DNA of 64,000 bases from Cenococcum geophilum. Its lineage: Eukaryota. Positions 22,761 through 36,217 of the stretch are shown in pieces. The position numbers were made by a program, and so were the translations under genes. Positions within the stretch are counted from its first letter, which is position 1. Every line of letters begins with the position of its first letter. The stretch covers positions 8,370,001 through 8,434,000 of the forward strand of contig CP158636.1 of assembly GCA_050273025.1 (NCBI GenBank), in the 5' to 3' direction. The notes beneath the pieces were generated by a model that saw only the letters and a program-made list of their open reading frames with translations, ran no database searches and had not been told where the DNA came from.

Positions 22761-24527
22761 CCGCCACCACCGCCATAACATACCATATAATACCGCACTA
22801 TAGGTGTACCGCAGATGCGCAGATAGGGGTAGCTATAGTGGGGGAGGGGAAGGGGCTAGCCCGTGTTACTTTAGCATGTTAAATCTAAGGTGTATAGGCG
22901 AATTAGTGTTTATACCCTATACAAGACAACTTCGTAAAAATTTTCCTATAGGAGTGGGTTTATATAACGAGGTTCGCCCTTATAAAATACCATTAGTAGG
23001 TTATTTTTGGGGAGAGTACCTATTAATTACTAATTCCCTACCCATTTCTTTAGCAAGGAGAAGAGATAGGGTACAGGATAAAAAGTCGCTTTAGGTAATT
23101 AGTAGCTGCTTCCAAGCTAGCAAGCTATTGTAACGCCTCTTATTCTTAAGTGCAAAACTATTTAATAAAAATCTTTCTTTTAGAGCGCTTTTTCTACTCT
23201 AGGAACGGCAGAATACGGCAGAAATAGATAAAAGAGCTAGGATTTCCTTTTCTTGGTATAAACTAGACCATAGTAAGCAAAATACCAGAACGAAAAAATA
23301 CCAGTCGCTAGAGCTCCCCTAGCATTTTAAAAACGGGCCAGAGTGTCCACTTAGCTACTAGTACATGTTAAGCTGCCTAGGAAGGATTCATGTATATAGA
23401 ACTATAGCGCTATAGCCTAGAGGCTGCATGCGCAGTATTGTACGTAGTATAATATAACGGATATAAAAAAAAAAAAAAAAAAGTAATATACCTTTAGAGA
23501 TAAACCTACCTCCGCCTTTAACTCCTCTATATCTAATTTAACCCGTAACCTTAATATTAGATACTATACCCTAATAAGAGCAGGTATAGGATCCTATTGC
23601 TTTGCAATTTAACAATCTTTAGACTCTACCGACTAGACCTATATCCCTACTATAGCCTATAATATAACCCCTACCTTCTCTATCTTAATCTTAAATTAGA
23701 GGTAGTTTAAAATTGCTTATAGAGCTTATAAAGCTCTATTTAGATTAGGAGAAGAAGTTTAGCAGGGAATTATATAATATTCTTAATTTAAAACTACATA
23801 TCTTCTATAACTATTACTAAAAGGTAGGAATAGAGTCTAATTAATACTATAACGCCTATTCCGTTATACTTAAGGGCCGAGCTAGTACCTTCTATTATAA
23901 TTATTTGGCAGAAAAAGGATATAATTTTAACTATATAATATATAAGTTAAGATACTACTTTAAAATAAAAGAGAATAAGTAGCAGTATATATTAGAATGG
24001 AGAGAGACTACCTTTTTAAGGATTATTGCTATAAACCTAGGTGTCCCTCGGCTTAATTATCTTTAAAAGCTCTTTAATTAACTTTAAATAATTTAGTATA
24101 GATTATCCGAATTATATTAAGAGGACTTTAGCCTATATAATTAAGTTATTAGCGTATATTAAGGTATTAAAGAATATAACCTTACTCTCTTTAATCCTGT
24201 AAATACTTATAAAGGAGTATATACTTAATTAAGATCTTCTATTAGCACCGCTTTACGCTTTTAAGAAGTATAGTAATTTAACGCCTAACTTTAACCTACT
24301 TTAATTAACCCGCCTAACTAATATAATTATAACTAGACTAATCGAATATATAGTGGCTAGGGTAGGTAATATAGTAGAGGGTATAATTAATAATTATAAG
24401 GTAAAGATAGAGGCCCTTATAGAGGTTCATTTTAAAGTAATTACTAAAAAAAGTGCTACGTTTATAAGAAACCAAATTGCTAGTTAACTAGGCATTCTTT
24501 TAATAAGCGAAAGGAGGTATATAATAA

Positions 24528-27500
24528 TAATTCATTGCTTAACGTCCGATTTGGATCCCTATTAGGCCCACGCGGACTACTCCTTATTTACATATGGGGA
24601 GAAAACTCTATTTAAGAAAAATAAGAAAACCCTATAATCTATCTCCCTACCTTTTAGGACTCGCCTACTTAGCGCCTATAAGTCGCCTATAGTGCTCTAC
24701 TACCTTACTATTTAACCTCCTTAGGAACTACTGCTGCCGTAATAAGCCTACGGACGCGCTAGTATTACAAACTTTTACTTTACTACTGTAGAGTTACTAA
24801 GGGGCACCTACTGCTCGCCCCCTTGCCTTTTATTACTATTTCCCTTATAACCTAGAACTAATTTAGTATATTTTAACTAATAAGCCACTAGGTGACCGCC
24901 TTAAGGCCTTTTTATATTAAGAGTAGTGTATTATAGTTCTCTGTGCTAGCTACTAAGAGTATTATTTCTTAATTAGTGCGTAGGGGGTATAGCAGTATTA
25001 TGTGTTTTAGTGTCTGTCTTAGCTAGCTATATTTGTATCTTAGGCTACTTACTAAAACATCCACCTAGTAAAGCCAATCTTTTAGTCCTATTATTCCTAT
25101 TCTTAAGAGTATTGCTATTATATTTTCTGCCTTTGTTAGGCCTTCTTAGAGCCCTTAGGTATTTACCCCCTATAATATTAACTATACTATAGCTTAGGTT
25201 TATCTTACCTAAGTTAGCCTCTATACCTTTAACTCCTATTTACCTCTCTAGCGTTGGTCTAACCAGTATTATATTACAGTAAATAGTTTCCTAGCGTTCT
25301 TATATATTCTACTTTAGCTCCTTTCTCTGTCTTACTATTATCTTTACTAACCTTTTACGCGTTTCCCTTCCTCCTCTATATGGGCCTGGGCCCTAAAGCG
25401 ACACTATTCTTTTTCTACTTTCTTTATATTGGTTATATAGGGTGACTTACTAATAACAACTACTTAAGTAGGGTTATAGTGATATTAGTTAATAAAGCTT
25501 TTTTTTTAATTAGAATAAGGAAGGGTAAGGAACATAAGGCTCCTCGCCACGCTAGTGCCGCGGCGACACGTAATGGCAACTTACCATTATGTGACGGCAA
25601 CTTGCCTTATTCCCGACACTAGCAACTCTTCTTTTATAGTTGCTATCTATAGACAAATACTGCTTAACTATTATAACAAATATAAATCCTCCTTACTTAC
25701 TATTGCTATTGTAATATAAGTCTCGCTGTTCTAAAATTTGCCTCTTAGCACGTAGCTATCTTACTTAGGAGTTATAGGTAGGTATCTTATTTAGAGGGCC
25801 GCTAAGGCGCTAGTAGTAAGCGAGCTAATAGCGATTTTCTATCCTAGGGATGGAAAATCCTAATTAGCTAGGTTAAGTTAGGGTCTATAGAATCCCCCCT
25901 TCTAAAAAGTCTTAGCAAGAGAATCTAACTAATTAGATAACTTTAACCGCTGGTTAAAGTTCCTAGATATCTTAAGACCTTACGTAACTAAGAAATTTCT
26001 AGGGACTCCCTTTTAACCTAACCTTTAACTTATATATATAGAGTATTTATATTAATAAACGTCTTTAGTGCCTTATTTAGGTTCGCCTTTATTATTATAT
26101 CTACTAGGTTATCTTAGCTATTAATCTATTAAATCTTAAAGAGTTCTTAACGCTTATAGGATTGCTAAAGTGCTATAATATTAATTATAAGGCGCTTCTT
26201 CTTTATAGTACTAAGCTTAACTAAATACTTATAGAGGGAATATAAGTTAGTATATATAATTATAGGGATAATAGGGAGTTTAAGTTAATCTATAATTATC
26301 TTTAGGGTAGTTCCAATTATAATTACTATATTAACTCTACTAACTATTCTATATATCTCTAACGCTAAAATACTTTAGGTAACGCGCTTACTCTTAGTTA
26401 AACTTTAATAGATAAGATTACTATAGATTATAAAGTCATTCTCTTCTATAAATTTATTTGCGATAATAATCTTATATCCTAATTAGGAGCTAAAATCTTT
26501 ATTATTTATAAACGATCCATTAATAAATATAAAGAGCTTAGCAATAGGAAGATTAATAGGCACGTAGAGTAATCCCTAATTGAGATAGTTTATTTGCTAA
26601 GAAAGACGTTTATTTAGGGCAAGAACGTTATCCTTAGTTAGTTTCTAGTATTAGGCGGCAACGGAAAGATTAAATAAAGCCTTAGGTTAATAGATAGAAG
26701 TAATATAAGCTCTATAAGCGCGTTACTCTATATATCCTTACTTTAGGAAATTAATATTAATAACGTTAATCTTCTTACCTTAACCCTTTTAGCATAAAGC
26801 AATAGAATCCTTATTTAGGGAGAGGATGCATCTATTAAAAAGTAATAGTGTTATTAAATTAAGCTTTTCCTTCGGCTTTATTATAAGATTTACCTTTACT
26901 AACTTATTCTCTTTAAGAGCTAAGAATTAGTCGTCTCCTAAAATAATTATATTATTAGTTTATATACCAACAATTCCAAATAGGGTTCCTATAGTTATAA
27001 TAAGGAAGTAGGGATTAAATATAAAAGTAGTTATTAAAAGCTTCTTTTTATAGTACTTACTATAGGTAGCCCACTAGTAAGTTTCTGCCTCTGCGATTCT
27101 ATATAATAGCTTAAGTATAACTATAATTGTATCTTTAGGATACTAGTAGTAAATTTACTCTGGAAGGTATACTAATATTAAGCGCTAAAGGTGCGTCTCT
27201 AATTAGGTGTAGGCTTAAGTAATATCTTATAAATAAACCGCTATTCTATTCTTTATTAAGGAGGGAGCTAATATAATAATAACTCGCTAACTAGCTCGTT
27301 AAATTATAGAAGATTATATAAGAATTATCTCTTTACTATTATTATTATAACCTTAGATAATAAGCCTTAATTTCTTAAATAGGGCGTTAATAGCTTTGCC
27401 TTTAATCTTATTAACTATTCTTAACTTAAAGATACGAACTTTATTAAACTTAATAGGGTTATACTTCTTAAATTTAAAAACTTCTCTTGCAATAAGACCA

Positions 27501-30500
27501 TTAATCTCCTACTTATTAGATGCTTAGAAAGGAGCTCCTAAAGTTATAATATAACCTTCCTTTTAGAGCTATTTTGTGAGTTTAAAGTTAGCTTTCTCCT
27601 TAGCTGTTATAAAGGCCATTAATGGCTTAACTTTATTCTTAATAGCGGTAACAAATTGCTCTTTAAAATTAATAAGATATTAGCGATTTTATAATCCCTT
27701 TAGGCGACCTCTACCGCGTTATAGTTATAGCGCATCTACTACAATTATATTAGAATTATAGTCGCCTTCTAGAGTATATTAATTGTAGTTTTTCTTTAGG
27801 GCCTTTTTTAGGGTATCCTATAAAGGCTCGGAACTATTATCTTTATAATAAGGCTTAATAACAGTTAAACGAAATTAAGTAGGTCTGTAAGGCATCTAAA
27901 TAGTATAAGTTTAACTATTAATTATAATAAGTTAATATAGGCCTAACTACCCTCCCTTTTTACGCTATACGCGTACCTTAGACTAGAGTAGTAGATTAAG
28001 CGTAGTTAAGGTATTTAGGCCATTTCTTATTCCTAGTGCGTTATTAACCTAGCGTATAGTATAGAGATGTTATACCTCCTTTATTACCTTATAAATAGCC
28101 TCAGCTTATTATATAATAGAGGGAGATAGTAGAGAATTATTAGTTATTTAAGGGTAGACGCTAAAGACTAGTAACATAGGTACGAGTCTATCTAGGCCAG
28201 CGGAATTATTAATAGCTTTAATAGCTATTTATAAGGTAAGTTCTTTACTAATATTCTTTAGTTTTAAAGAAATAATCTTATATATATGGCGTAATAGCGC
28301 GTAATATTACTCTACTTTTTTAACGCTATTATATGCCTTAATAGGGACTTCCTTAACCTTAATTGCTATTGCCTTTATCTATTATTAAAACTCTATAAAT
28401 AAGAAGTTCTTTCCTATATTATAGATAATTTAATTAGGGGGTCCTAAGTAGATATTAATCTAGCATAATTAAAGGGTATTCTATACGTTCTTAGCTAATA
28501 TATCCTTTAAGAATTATACGGCTTAGAAGAAGGTTAAGAAGTTAATAACTTAGAGTACTAGCTTACCGCTAATATATATAACGTTAATAATAATATAGAA
28601 GTTAAAGTTGTAGTTATCTTTAAGGGTAAACTTAAATCGGCTAGGGGACTTCTGGTTTATTTAGTAGTAATAGCAGTACTTTATAAAATACTTAATTACC
28701 TTAACCTTAACTTTATAGCCTACTTACTAAAAAACCCTAAGTAATTAATAAATAGATAGGTGGCTAAAATAATGGTGTAGTTAACGTAACTCTAACTTAG
28801 TTAGGTAGCTTTAAGTAATACTCTTTTCTAGTTAATAAAGAAGTAACTAAGGGTAACCCTACTTACGCATAACGGGCACCCAATTATCTCCCTAAATAAG
28901 TACATCCTTAAGGTTATTAAGCTTAACGCTTAATTTATTTATATCTTTAATACAAAATAGAAATAGGGTATTTATAGAAATAACGTAAAAGGTAATATAC
29001 CCTAAGGGGGTTTAGACCCTAATTGTGCTAAGAGAGATTATAGTACCCTTACTAAAACGAATCGTGTGTTGGCCTGCTATTAAATAGTTAATCTAAATAG
29101 AGCTATTAAGCTGCTAAAGGGCTTAAACTTAAGGTTCTCCCGCTATAGATACTCCTACGGCTCTAGTATTTAGTATAATACTATAGAAGATGTTCGCTAA
29201 GTATCTATCATTAAAGGAGAACGCAGAACTCTTCCTTAGCTCATTAAAGATATCTAACTTTGTAGTAAAATAGAGCATAGATTGGTTATTAAGAATAGTA
29301 ACGGTTTATATACTATCTACCTTACTATATTTAGTAAAGTATTAGTTAGGTAAGTACTCCTTAATTTCTATATCTATAAGAAGCTATTTAGCCTTATTAA
29401 CCTTACCCTTAAGATCTTCTACGCCTTTATATTAAACCAAAAAGCTTTAGAAGTAGGCCGTAGTAACCTTGCAATTTTTAATATTTTTTATACTCTAGCG
29501 AAACTTATTATATACCTCCTTTTGCTTATTAAGAGAATTCCTAGTTAACTAGCAATTTAGTTTCTTATAAACGTAGCACTTCTTTTAGTAATTACTTTGA
29601 AATAAACCTCTATAAGGACCTCCATCTTTACCTTATAGTCATTAATTATACCCTCTACTATATTATCTACCCCGGCCACTATATATTTAATTAATCTAGT
29701 TATAATTATATTAGTCAGGCGGGTTAATTAAAGTAGGTTAAAGTTAGGCGTTAAATTACTGTACTTTTTAAGAGCGTAGAGCAGTGCTAATAAAAGATCT
29801 TAATTAAGTATACACTCCTTTATAAGTATTTATAGGATTAAAGAGAGTAAGGTTATATTCTTTAACACCTTAGCATATACTAATAACTTAATTACATAGG
29901 CTAAAGTCCTCTTAATATAATTCGGATAATCTATGCTAAATTATCTAAAGTTAATTAAAGAGCTTTTAAAGATAATTAAGCCAAGGGACACCTGGGTTTA
30001 TAGTAATAATCCTTAAAAAGGTAGTTTCTCTCTATTCTAATATATACTACTACTTATTCTCTTCTATTTTAAAGTAGTATCTTAACTTATATATTATATA
30101 GTTAAAATTATATCCTTTTCCTGCTAAATAATTATAATAGAAGGTACTAGCTTGGCCCTTAAGCATAACAGAATAGGCGTTATGGTATTAATTAGACTTT
30201 ATTCCTACCTTTTAGTAATAGTTATAAAAGATATATAGTTTTAAATTAAGAATATTATATAATTCCCTGCTAAACTTCTTCTCCTAATCTAAATAGAGCT
30301 TTATAAGCTCTATAAGCAATTTTAAACTACCTCTAATTTAAGATTAAAATAGAGGAGGTAGGGGTTATATTATAGGCTGCAGTAGGGATATAGGTCTAGT
30401 TAGTGGAGTCTAAAGGTCGTTAAATTATAAAGCAATAGGATCCTATACCTGCTCTTGTTAGGGTATAGTATCCAACGTTAAGGTTATAGGTTAAATTAGA

Positions 30501-33500
30501 TATAGAGGAGTTAAAGGCGGAGGTAGGTTCGTCTTTAGAGATATATTACTTAGGTTCTATTATAAGTTAAGCTTCCTTATAGTATGTAGTTAGTGCTTAA
30601 TCTCTTATAGAGTCCATTTATGCTCTTTTTTTATATTAATAATCTACTCCTAAATATTATTTCTAATAGTACCCCCGTCCTTAGGGATAAATACTCTATT
30701 TTCCTAAAGGAAGTTACGGAAGTTTTATATAATATTCTTATTTATAGGGGCCTATATTTCCTTTATCCATCTAATAAAGTCCTCCTTTATATATTCCTAT
30801 AGCGTGGTATTATTATATTTACTATCCTTATAATATGCTATATAGTGTAATAAAAATCCATTTAAGTCTTATTTATTAGCGTTTGCAAGGTTAATTATAG
30901 CTTTATTCTATATCTTTAGGTTAATATCTTTCTTATACTTCTTTAGGTAGGTTAACACTATAGTAGGTATAAAATCGACGAGGTGTCGTATATTAAAGGT
31001 AGGTAGGATTTTCGGTTTTATAGGATCTTATAGGTTTGCTGTTAAAAGGTAGGCAATTTAAGATATTATTTAACGCGTTTTAGACGTTAACTTAGGACCC
31101 TAGGTTTAGTAATACTTTTAACCTAAAGTACTTAACTAAATCTTTATAAATACGGTTATTTTGCATAAAAGACGTAACTTGGTATCTCCTAGTACTTAGT
31201 AACACTTCTATTACTAGTTTTCCGTAAGTTTAAGGTAGCATAGTATTGCTAGGATCCATTCTATATAAGCGCATATAGCACCCCTATATAAGACTATCTC
31301 TTCTATTTAAAAACCTAGCTGCTCTATAGTTAACTATATATTTAACCACTAATTAATATTAGTCACATAGGGTAACTTACTAATAACGACTACTCGAGTA
31401 GGGTTACAGTGATATTGGTTAATAAAGCTTTTTTTTTAATTAGAATAAGGAAGGGCGAGGAACATAAGGCTCCTCGCCACGCTAGTGCCGCGGCGACACG
31501 TGATGGCAACTTGCTATCACGTGACGGCAACTTGCCTCATTCTTAACACTTTACCTATTTCTCTAATATCTCTTCCCTACTTTAGGGTTGTTGGTTTATT
31601 CTCTTATAGGGCACCCTAAGGTCCCTCTATAGTTTACTTAGGCATATCTTAATATACTTTATAATATTAGAGTTGCGTTTATTTTACGTCCTTTATATTG
31701 TAGCGGCTTTAATATATAACTATAGGGGGGGAATATTAGATTCCTTCTTAAGCAGTACTGTGGCCGTTCGCTTATACCCACCTATAATACTTTAAAGGTA
31801 GGCTGTTTGGACCTTTTAAAGTAGTTTAAGGAGTAATTTTAGGGGGCCCTTTTTAGTTTCTCTAATAGCCTAAATACTGGATCTATATATTATGGTTAGC
31901 CGGACAACTACTATATATAGTAGGCGTGACCTCTAGAAGCATAGACCCTATATAAAATTAACAATCCTAGATAAAGCGATAAACTATACTTAGCCTTTAT
32001 AGGCCGCTTGCGCCGTATATACGCTTTACTAAAGCTTATTATCTACCTATACTCCTAGTACCCTTAGGCCCTAAACTAGTTAACCCCTAAAGCCTTAGAT
32101 GCGAATTATATACTAAAGATCTGCAGATTAGTTACGTTTTTTTATAAAATAGATTAGCTAGTATTTCTCTGGTAAGAATTAAACTCTATAATATCTTGCC
32201 TATTTTATATAAGTGTTATAAACTTTCTTTAGTGTTCTATAATTCTTTACGGCTATTAGCCCGTATATAATTAGGTTTATATCGTTAACAAAGCCTATCC
32301 CCTAGGTTGCCCCTTCCTTAAAGAAGTTAAGTAGGTTACTTATAAAGAAAAGGAAGAGTATAGGCGAGAGGGGTAATCTTTGTAGTATTTCTGTTATAAC
32401 TATAATAGGGGGGCTCTAGTATCCGCTAAAGACTAGTAATGTTTCTTTCTGGCCTATAAACCCTTAGATAAATTATATAATCTATTCTAAGAAGCCCTTT
32501 GCCCTAAGGATATACAGGAGACGCTCGTGGGGTATATTGTTATAGGCACTACTAATATTTAGGCTAAGTATTAATACTACGAAGTCCTTTTGCATCGCCT
32601 ATGCAGATTTAATGGTGGCAGCGAGTAGCGTAAGTGCTAATAGTGTTAAGCGGTTCTTTCTTACCCCTATTTAGCTTTATAGTAGTAGGGCGTGTTCCTC
32701 TACTATATCTGCTATGCGTTCCGCTATTACCCTTTTTAAGATCTTGTTAAGGGTATTTTCTAAGGTAATAGGGCGGTAGCTTTTTGGGATTGAGTAATCT
32801 GCTTTACCTTCTTTTTATAGGATAACTATTATTATAGATCTTCTAAGTCGTAAGTAGTAGCCTATAGCAAAGTATACTCTAGCTACATCTATAAGCTAAG
32901 GTGCTATAAGTGGCCTATAGGTTTTTGGGGCCTTATTTAGAATCCTATCTAGTCCTAGTACTATATTATTTAAAAGGCGGCTAATAGTTCTAGCCATTTC
33001 CTCTGTTATTATATCGCTGTTAACCCACAAGCAAATTACCAGTGTTTCGCCTGTAATATTACTAAGGTCTACTAGAGCCGGTTAAGAGAAGAACCTTTCT
33101 ATAAGGATCTTTACCTTTTTATTATTATTATTTGTAGCCTATAATTCTCCTGCTTTTTATAGGGGTGGTAGGTATAGGTCTTCTACTAGGCGTTTTACCT
33201 TTTTCTTTACCTATTTTGCTATAGCCTAAAGGCCCTTATTATAGGGGAGGCTTAGGTTAAAAGTATGCTTATTTATAAACCGTCTCCAGTTATTTCTTAC
33301 TTCTTTTTTTAGGGTATTCTTTAGCTGGTTTCTTATATCTTTATATCGTCTTTTATCTTTAGGGTTATAGCTACTTATATATTTTCTTCTTGCTCGTCAT
33401 TAGCTGGTAACTAGAACTATGTATTATATAGACTATACGTGTTACGCGTAGGGGCCTAGTTTTGAGATTAGGCAGTGCTCTTTTAGCCTATTTTTAATTG

Positions 33501-36217
33501 CTGCCTAGATCCTTTCTAGTCTTCAGTTAATTTCCTTAGGGGTGGCCAATAAGCCTCGCTTATTTAGTATTAGGTGGATTTCTTCTAGGTCTTAGAGTTA
33601 TTATTTAACTATATTAAGGAAACTATCTATCTTAAGCTTCCTTATTGCGTATCTTTTTCCATTTAGTTGCGCTTTAGTATCTAGGTCTAGCTATATCTAA
33701 ATAGGGATATAGTCTAGGGTAAGTGCCCACTCTTCTTTGGGGTTATACCTTTTAAGTCTCTAATATAGGCCTTTGTCTATAAATATGAGGTTAATTATAC
33801 TTCTGGCGGTGCCTTATTACCATATAATTACTCCTAGGGGGGTAGCTAGCTTAAGGCCCCAGATATCTATAGCTCTTAATAGGCACTCTAACTGTTAATC
33901 TGCAGCAATATAGATACCCCCCTACCGCGGGTAGTAAAGGTTTATGTCTCCTAATAGGATAGACTTTATACCTTTGGTTTTTAGTAAGCTTATTATTAAT
34001 ATAATATTCTCTATTTATAGGACCCCTTTAACCCTAGGGTTATACACATTAATAATTTATACCGGTCCCCTATATATTTAGATTATTATAACTACAATAT
34101 CTAGGTTAACTGCCTGCTATAACTATAAGGACAGGCTAATAGCCTTGCTAATTATAAAGCACACGTGTATAGCTGCTTTTGGTTTATATAGGAGCTGGAA
34201 TCCTTAGGGGCAGTATATTAATTATGTAAAGGTATTATAATACGGCTCTTATATAGCAAGGATATAGTATTTCTCTAGGTCTAGACTGTCTAGTAAGGGC
34301 CTTATAAGGCGGTGGTTTGTGTTACCGCAGTTATACTATATAATGGATAGGTGGCGGACCCCCGGCGAGGGTCCTTTAACTTTCCTTTATTTCTTACTTC
34401 TTCTATTTTCACTTTCTCTAGGATATTTAGAGCTTCTATCTCTTATGTCTACACCCTAATTACTACTTATTTTATATAGAGCTTTTTATTCCCGTATTTT
34501 ATGTTTCTATTAGCGCTTTTATATCTAAATCTATTATTATTACTAGTTCTTCCCCTATTCTTACTAGTCGGCTATATACCCTTTATAGGTCGGCTATAAA
34601 TGTTATATTTACCGTATTAAGTCTAATTCTTAATTATCCTAGTTTTAAGCCTACTGTTACTATCTATAGGGGTCTTCCTATAGGGCGTCCTCTCCCTTAT
34701 ATCCCCTGTGACCCTTATATCCCTAATTAGTTTAGTAATATCGCGCGGCGTTACTTCTAGCCTATTAAGGCTTGAGATAGCTGGCCTAGCCCTCTAATAT
34801 TAAAGGTAGGAAACGCTAGAAAGGTACCTACGTCCCCCTAGCTTATCGCCTATTATTTCTATTTATATAACCTAGCGTGTAGTTATTCCTATAGCTATTA
34901 AGCCCTTACCTTCTATCTCCTATATTTAATACAGTCTTCTTTCTTCTACGCCTTATATGTGCTTCGGTAGCAGTTCGCGCATTTTATTTAGTCTTAATTT
35001 AAGCAATATCTTATATTATAGGGGCCTATATAGTGGCCGTAGCACACCTATACTGCGTATATAGATTAGGTGTGTCCCTATTATATATAGCAATAGTATT
35101 ATTCTAGGCGTAGTCTATAGTTATAGAGCCTTATATTATATATAAGGCTATTTATAATTATTCCTTTTTGGATAAAGAGTTTTTATATTCCTAGTGTATA
35201 TATACTAATAATAAGAGAGCTATACATTTGTCTAGCGTCTCCCTAGTAAGTCTCCAGCAACCCTTATATCCTCTTATTATTTTCATTATATACTTAGTTT
35301 GCATTTTCCTATTAAAGCTATTAGATTTAGGTGATTTTAAGTCCTAGTATAAGGCGTTCTGTTTATCTTACTATCTCCTATATAATTACTATATTATCCG
35401 CCTAACGTCCCTTTTCTACCCTAAAGCTTATAGGAACCGCTGGGACTTTAACTAGGTAATCCTTATAGAGTACTTTTATGCTAATACGTTCTCCTAGCCT
35501 ATCCCCTACCCTTATAGCTCGTTCCTTTGCCTATTAGTCCTTTAGGGTAACTCTAATATCTCCGCTCTTAAGGTATTAGACTATAACAGCGTTATAGACC
35601 TCTTTACGTATCTTTATAAGGACTTCTGTTTCTAATTATCCCCTAAGCCCCTCTGCTTATTCTATATTTAGTTATATTATAATTATATACCTAGTTATTA
35701 ACTTAAGGGGGGTAGGTTCCCTATACTGTAAAAGCGTAGCTATAGCGGCCTAGGTACAGTTCGCCGGTAAGGGGGGGTTATACTTATTTTTAATTTTGCT
35801 TAGCTGTTAGAGGATTTAATTAAGGATTTGCTAGAGGGGCGCCTAAGGTTTACTAAACTAGCGGAGCTATTCTACTAGCTACATTAGTTCGTTATAGCTA
35901 ATAGTTACTTTCCTATAATTCTAGATACTAGACGCGTCTAATAGGCTTTATATTTTATTAGATGCCTTCTTAATAAAGGTATTTCCGCTTTATAGTGTGG
36001 TATTCGCCCGTCTTTATTATAGAGGGCCATTGCTAGGCGTAGTTCTAGCGGTCGCGCGCGAGTGTAAGCCACCATTGTTTAACGTGTGCCTCCCCTGCGA
36101 TGCATACATCTTAGGGGGATTCTTTAGGTGTTTTTCAGGGTTCTTTTAGTTAGGTTTGGTCTTTTTAGGCCAGGTGCAGCAAGAGCTCCTTTTTCGCTCT
36201 TCGGAATATTAATTACT
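24528..36217 (-). mobile_element. Full-length Tad1-like LINE (~5.6 kb), RIP-inactivated, split by Copia I
   Basis: TSD up to 18 bp AAAGGAGGTATATAATAA (24510-24527, 36218-36235) and a short (TTA)n tail. Minus-strand ORF1 at ~34400-36100; ORF2 has an AP endonuclease (IIVYNCG..ILAI*EPY ~34240-34350), RT (ILQRLPLSPILFLFF ~32345-32390; GFVND ~32281-32295) and C-terminal RQTLKHIILLYP (RIP-ed CCHC, ~24980-25040). Confidence 0.9.
25427..31548 (-). mobile_element. Ty1/Copia retrotransposon I, uninterrupted ~6.1 kb, same family as H in opposite orientation
   Basis: 192-bp LTRs at 25427-25618 and 31357-31548, TSD CTTTA; the internal sequence is the reverse complement of the H pieces. Confidence 0.95.

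Larger units (their letters stand above)
21203..23480 (+). mobile_element. Poly(A)-tailed non-coding retroposon (SINE-like), 2.3 kb, made of tandem repeats
   Basis: 12-bp TSD AAGTAATATACC (21191-21202, 23481-23492) and an A-run at 23465-23480. The homologous site in Copia I (~30530-30560) is empty. No recognisable coding domain. Confidence 0.85.
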
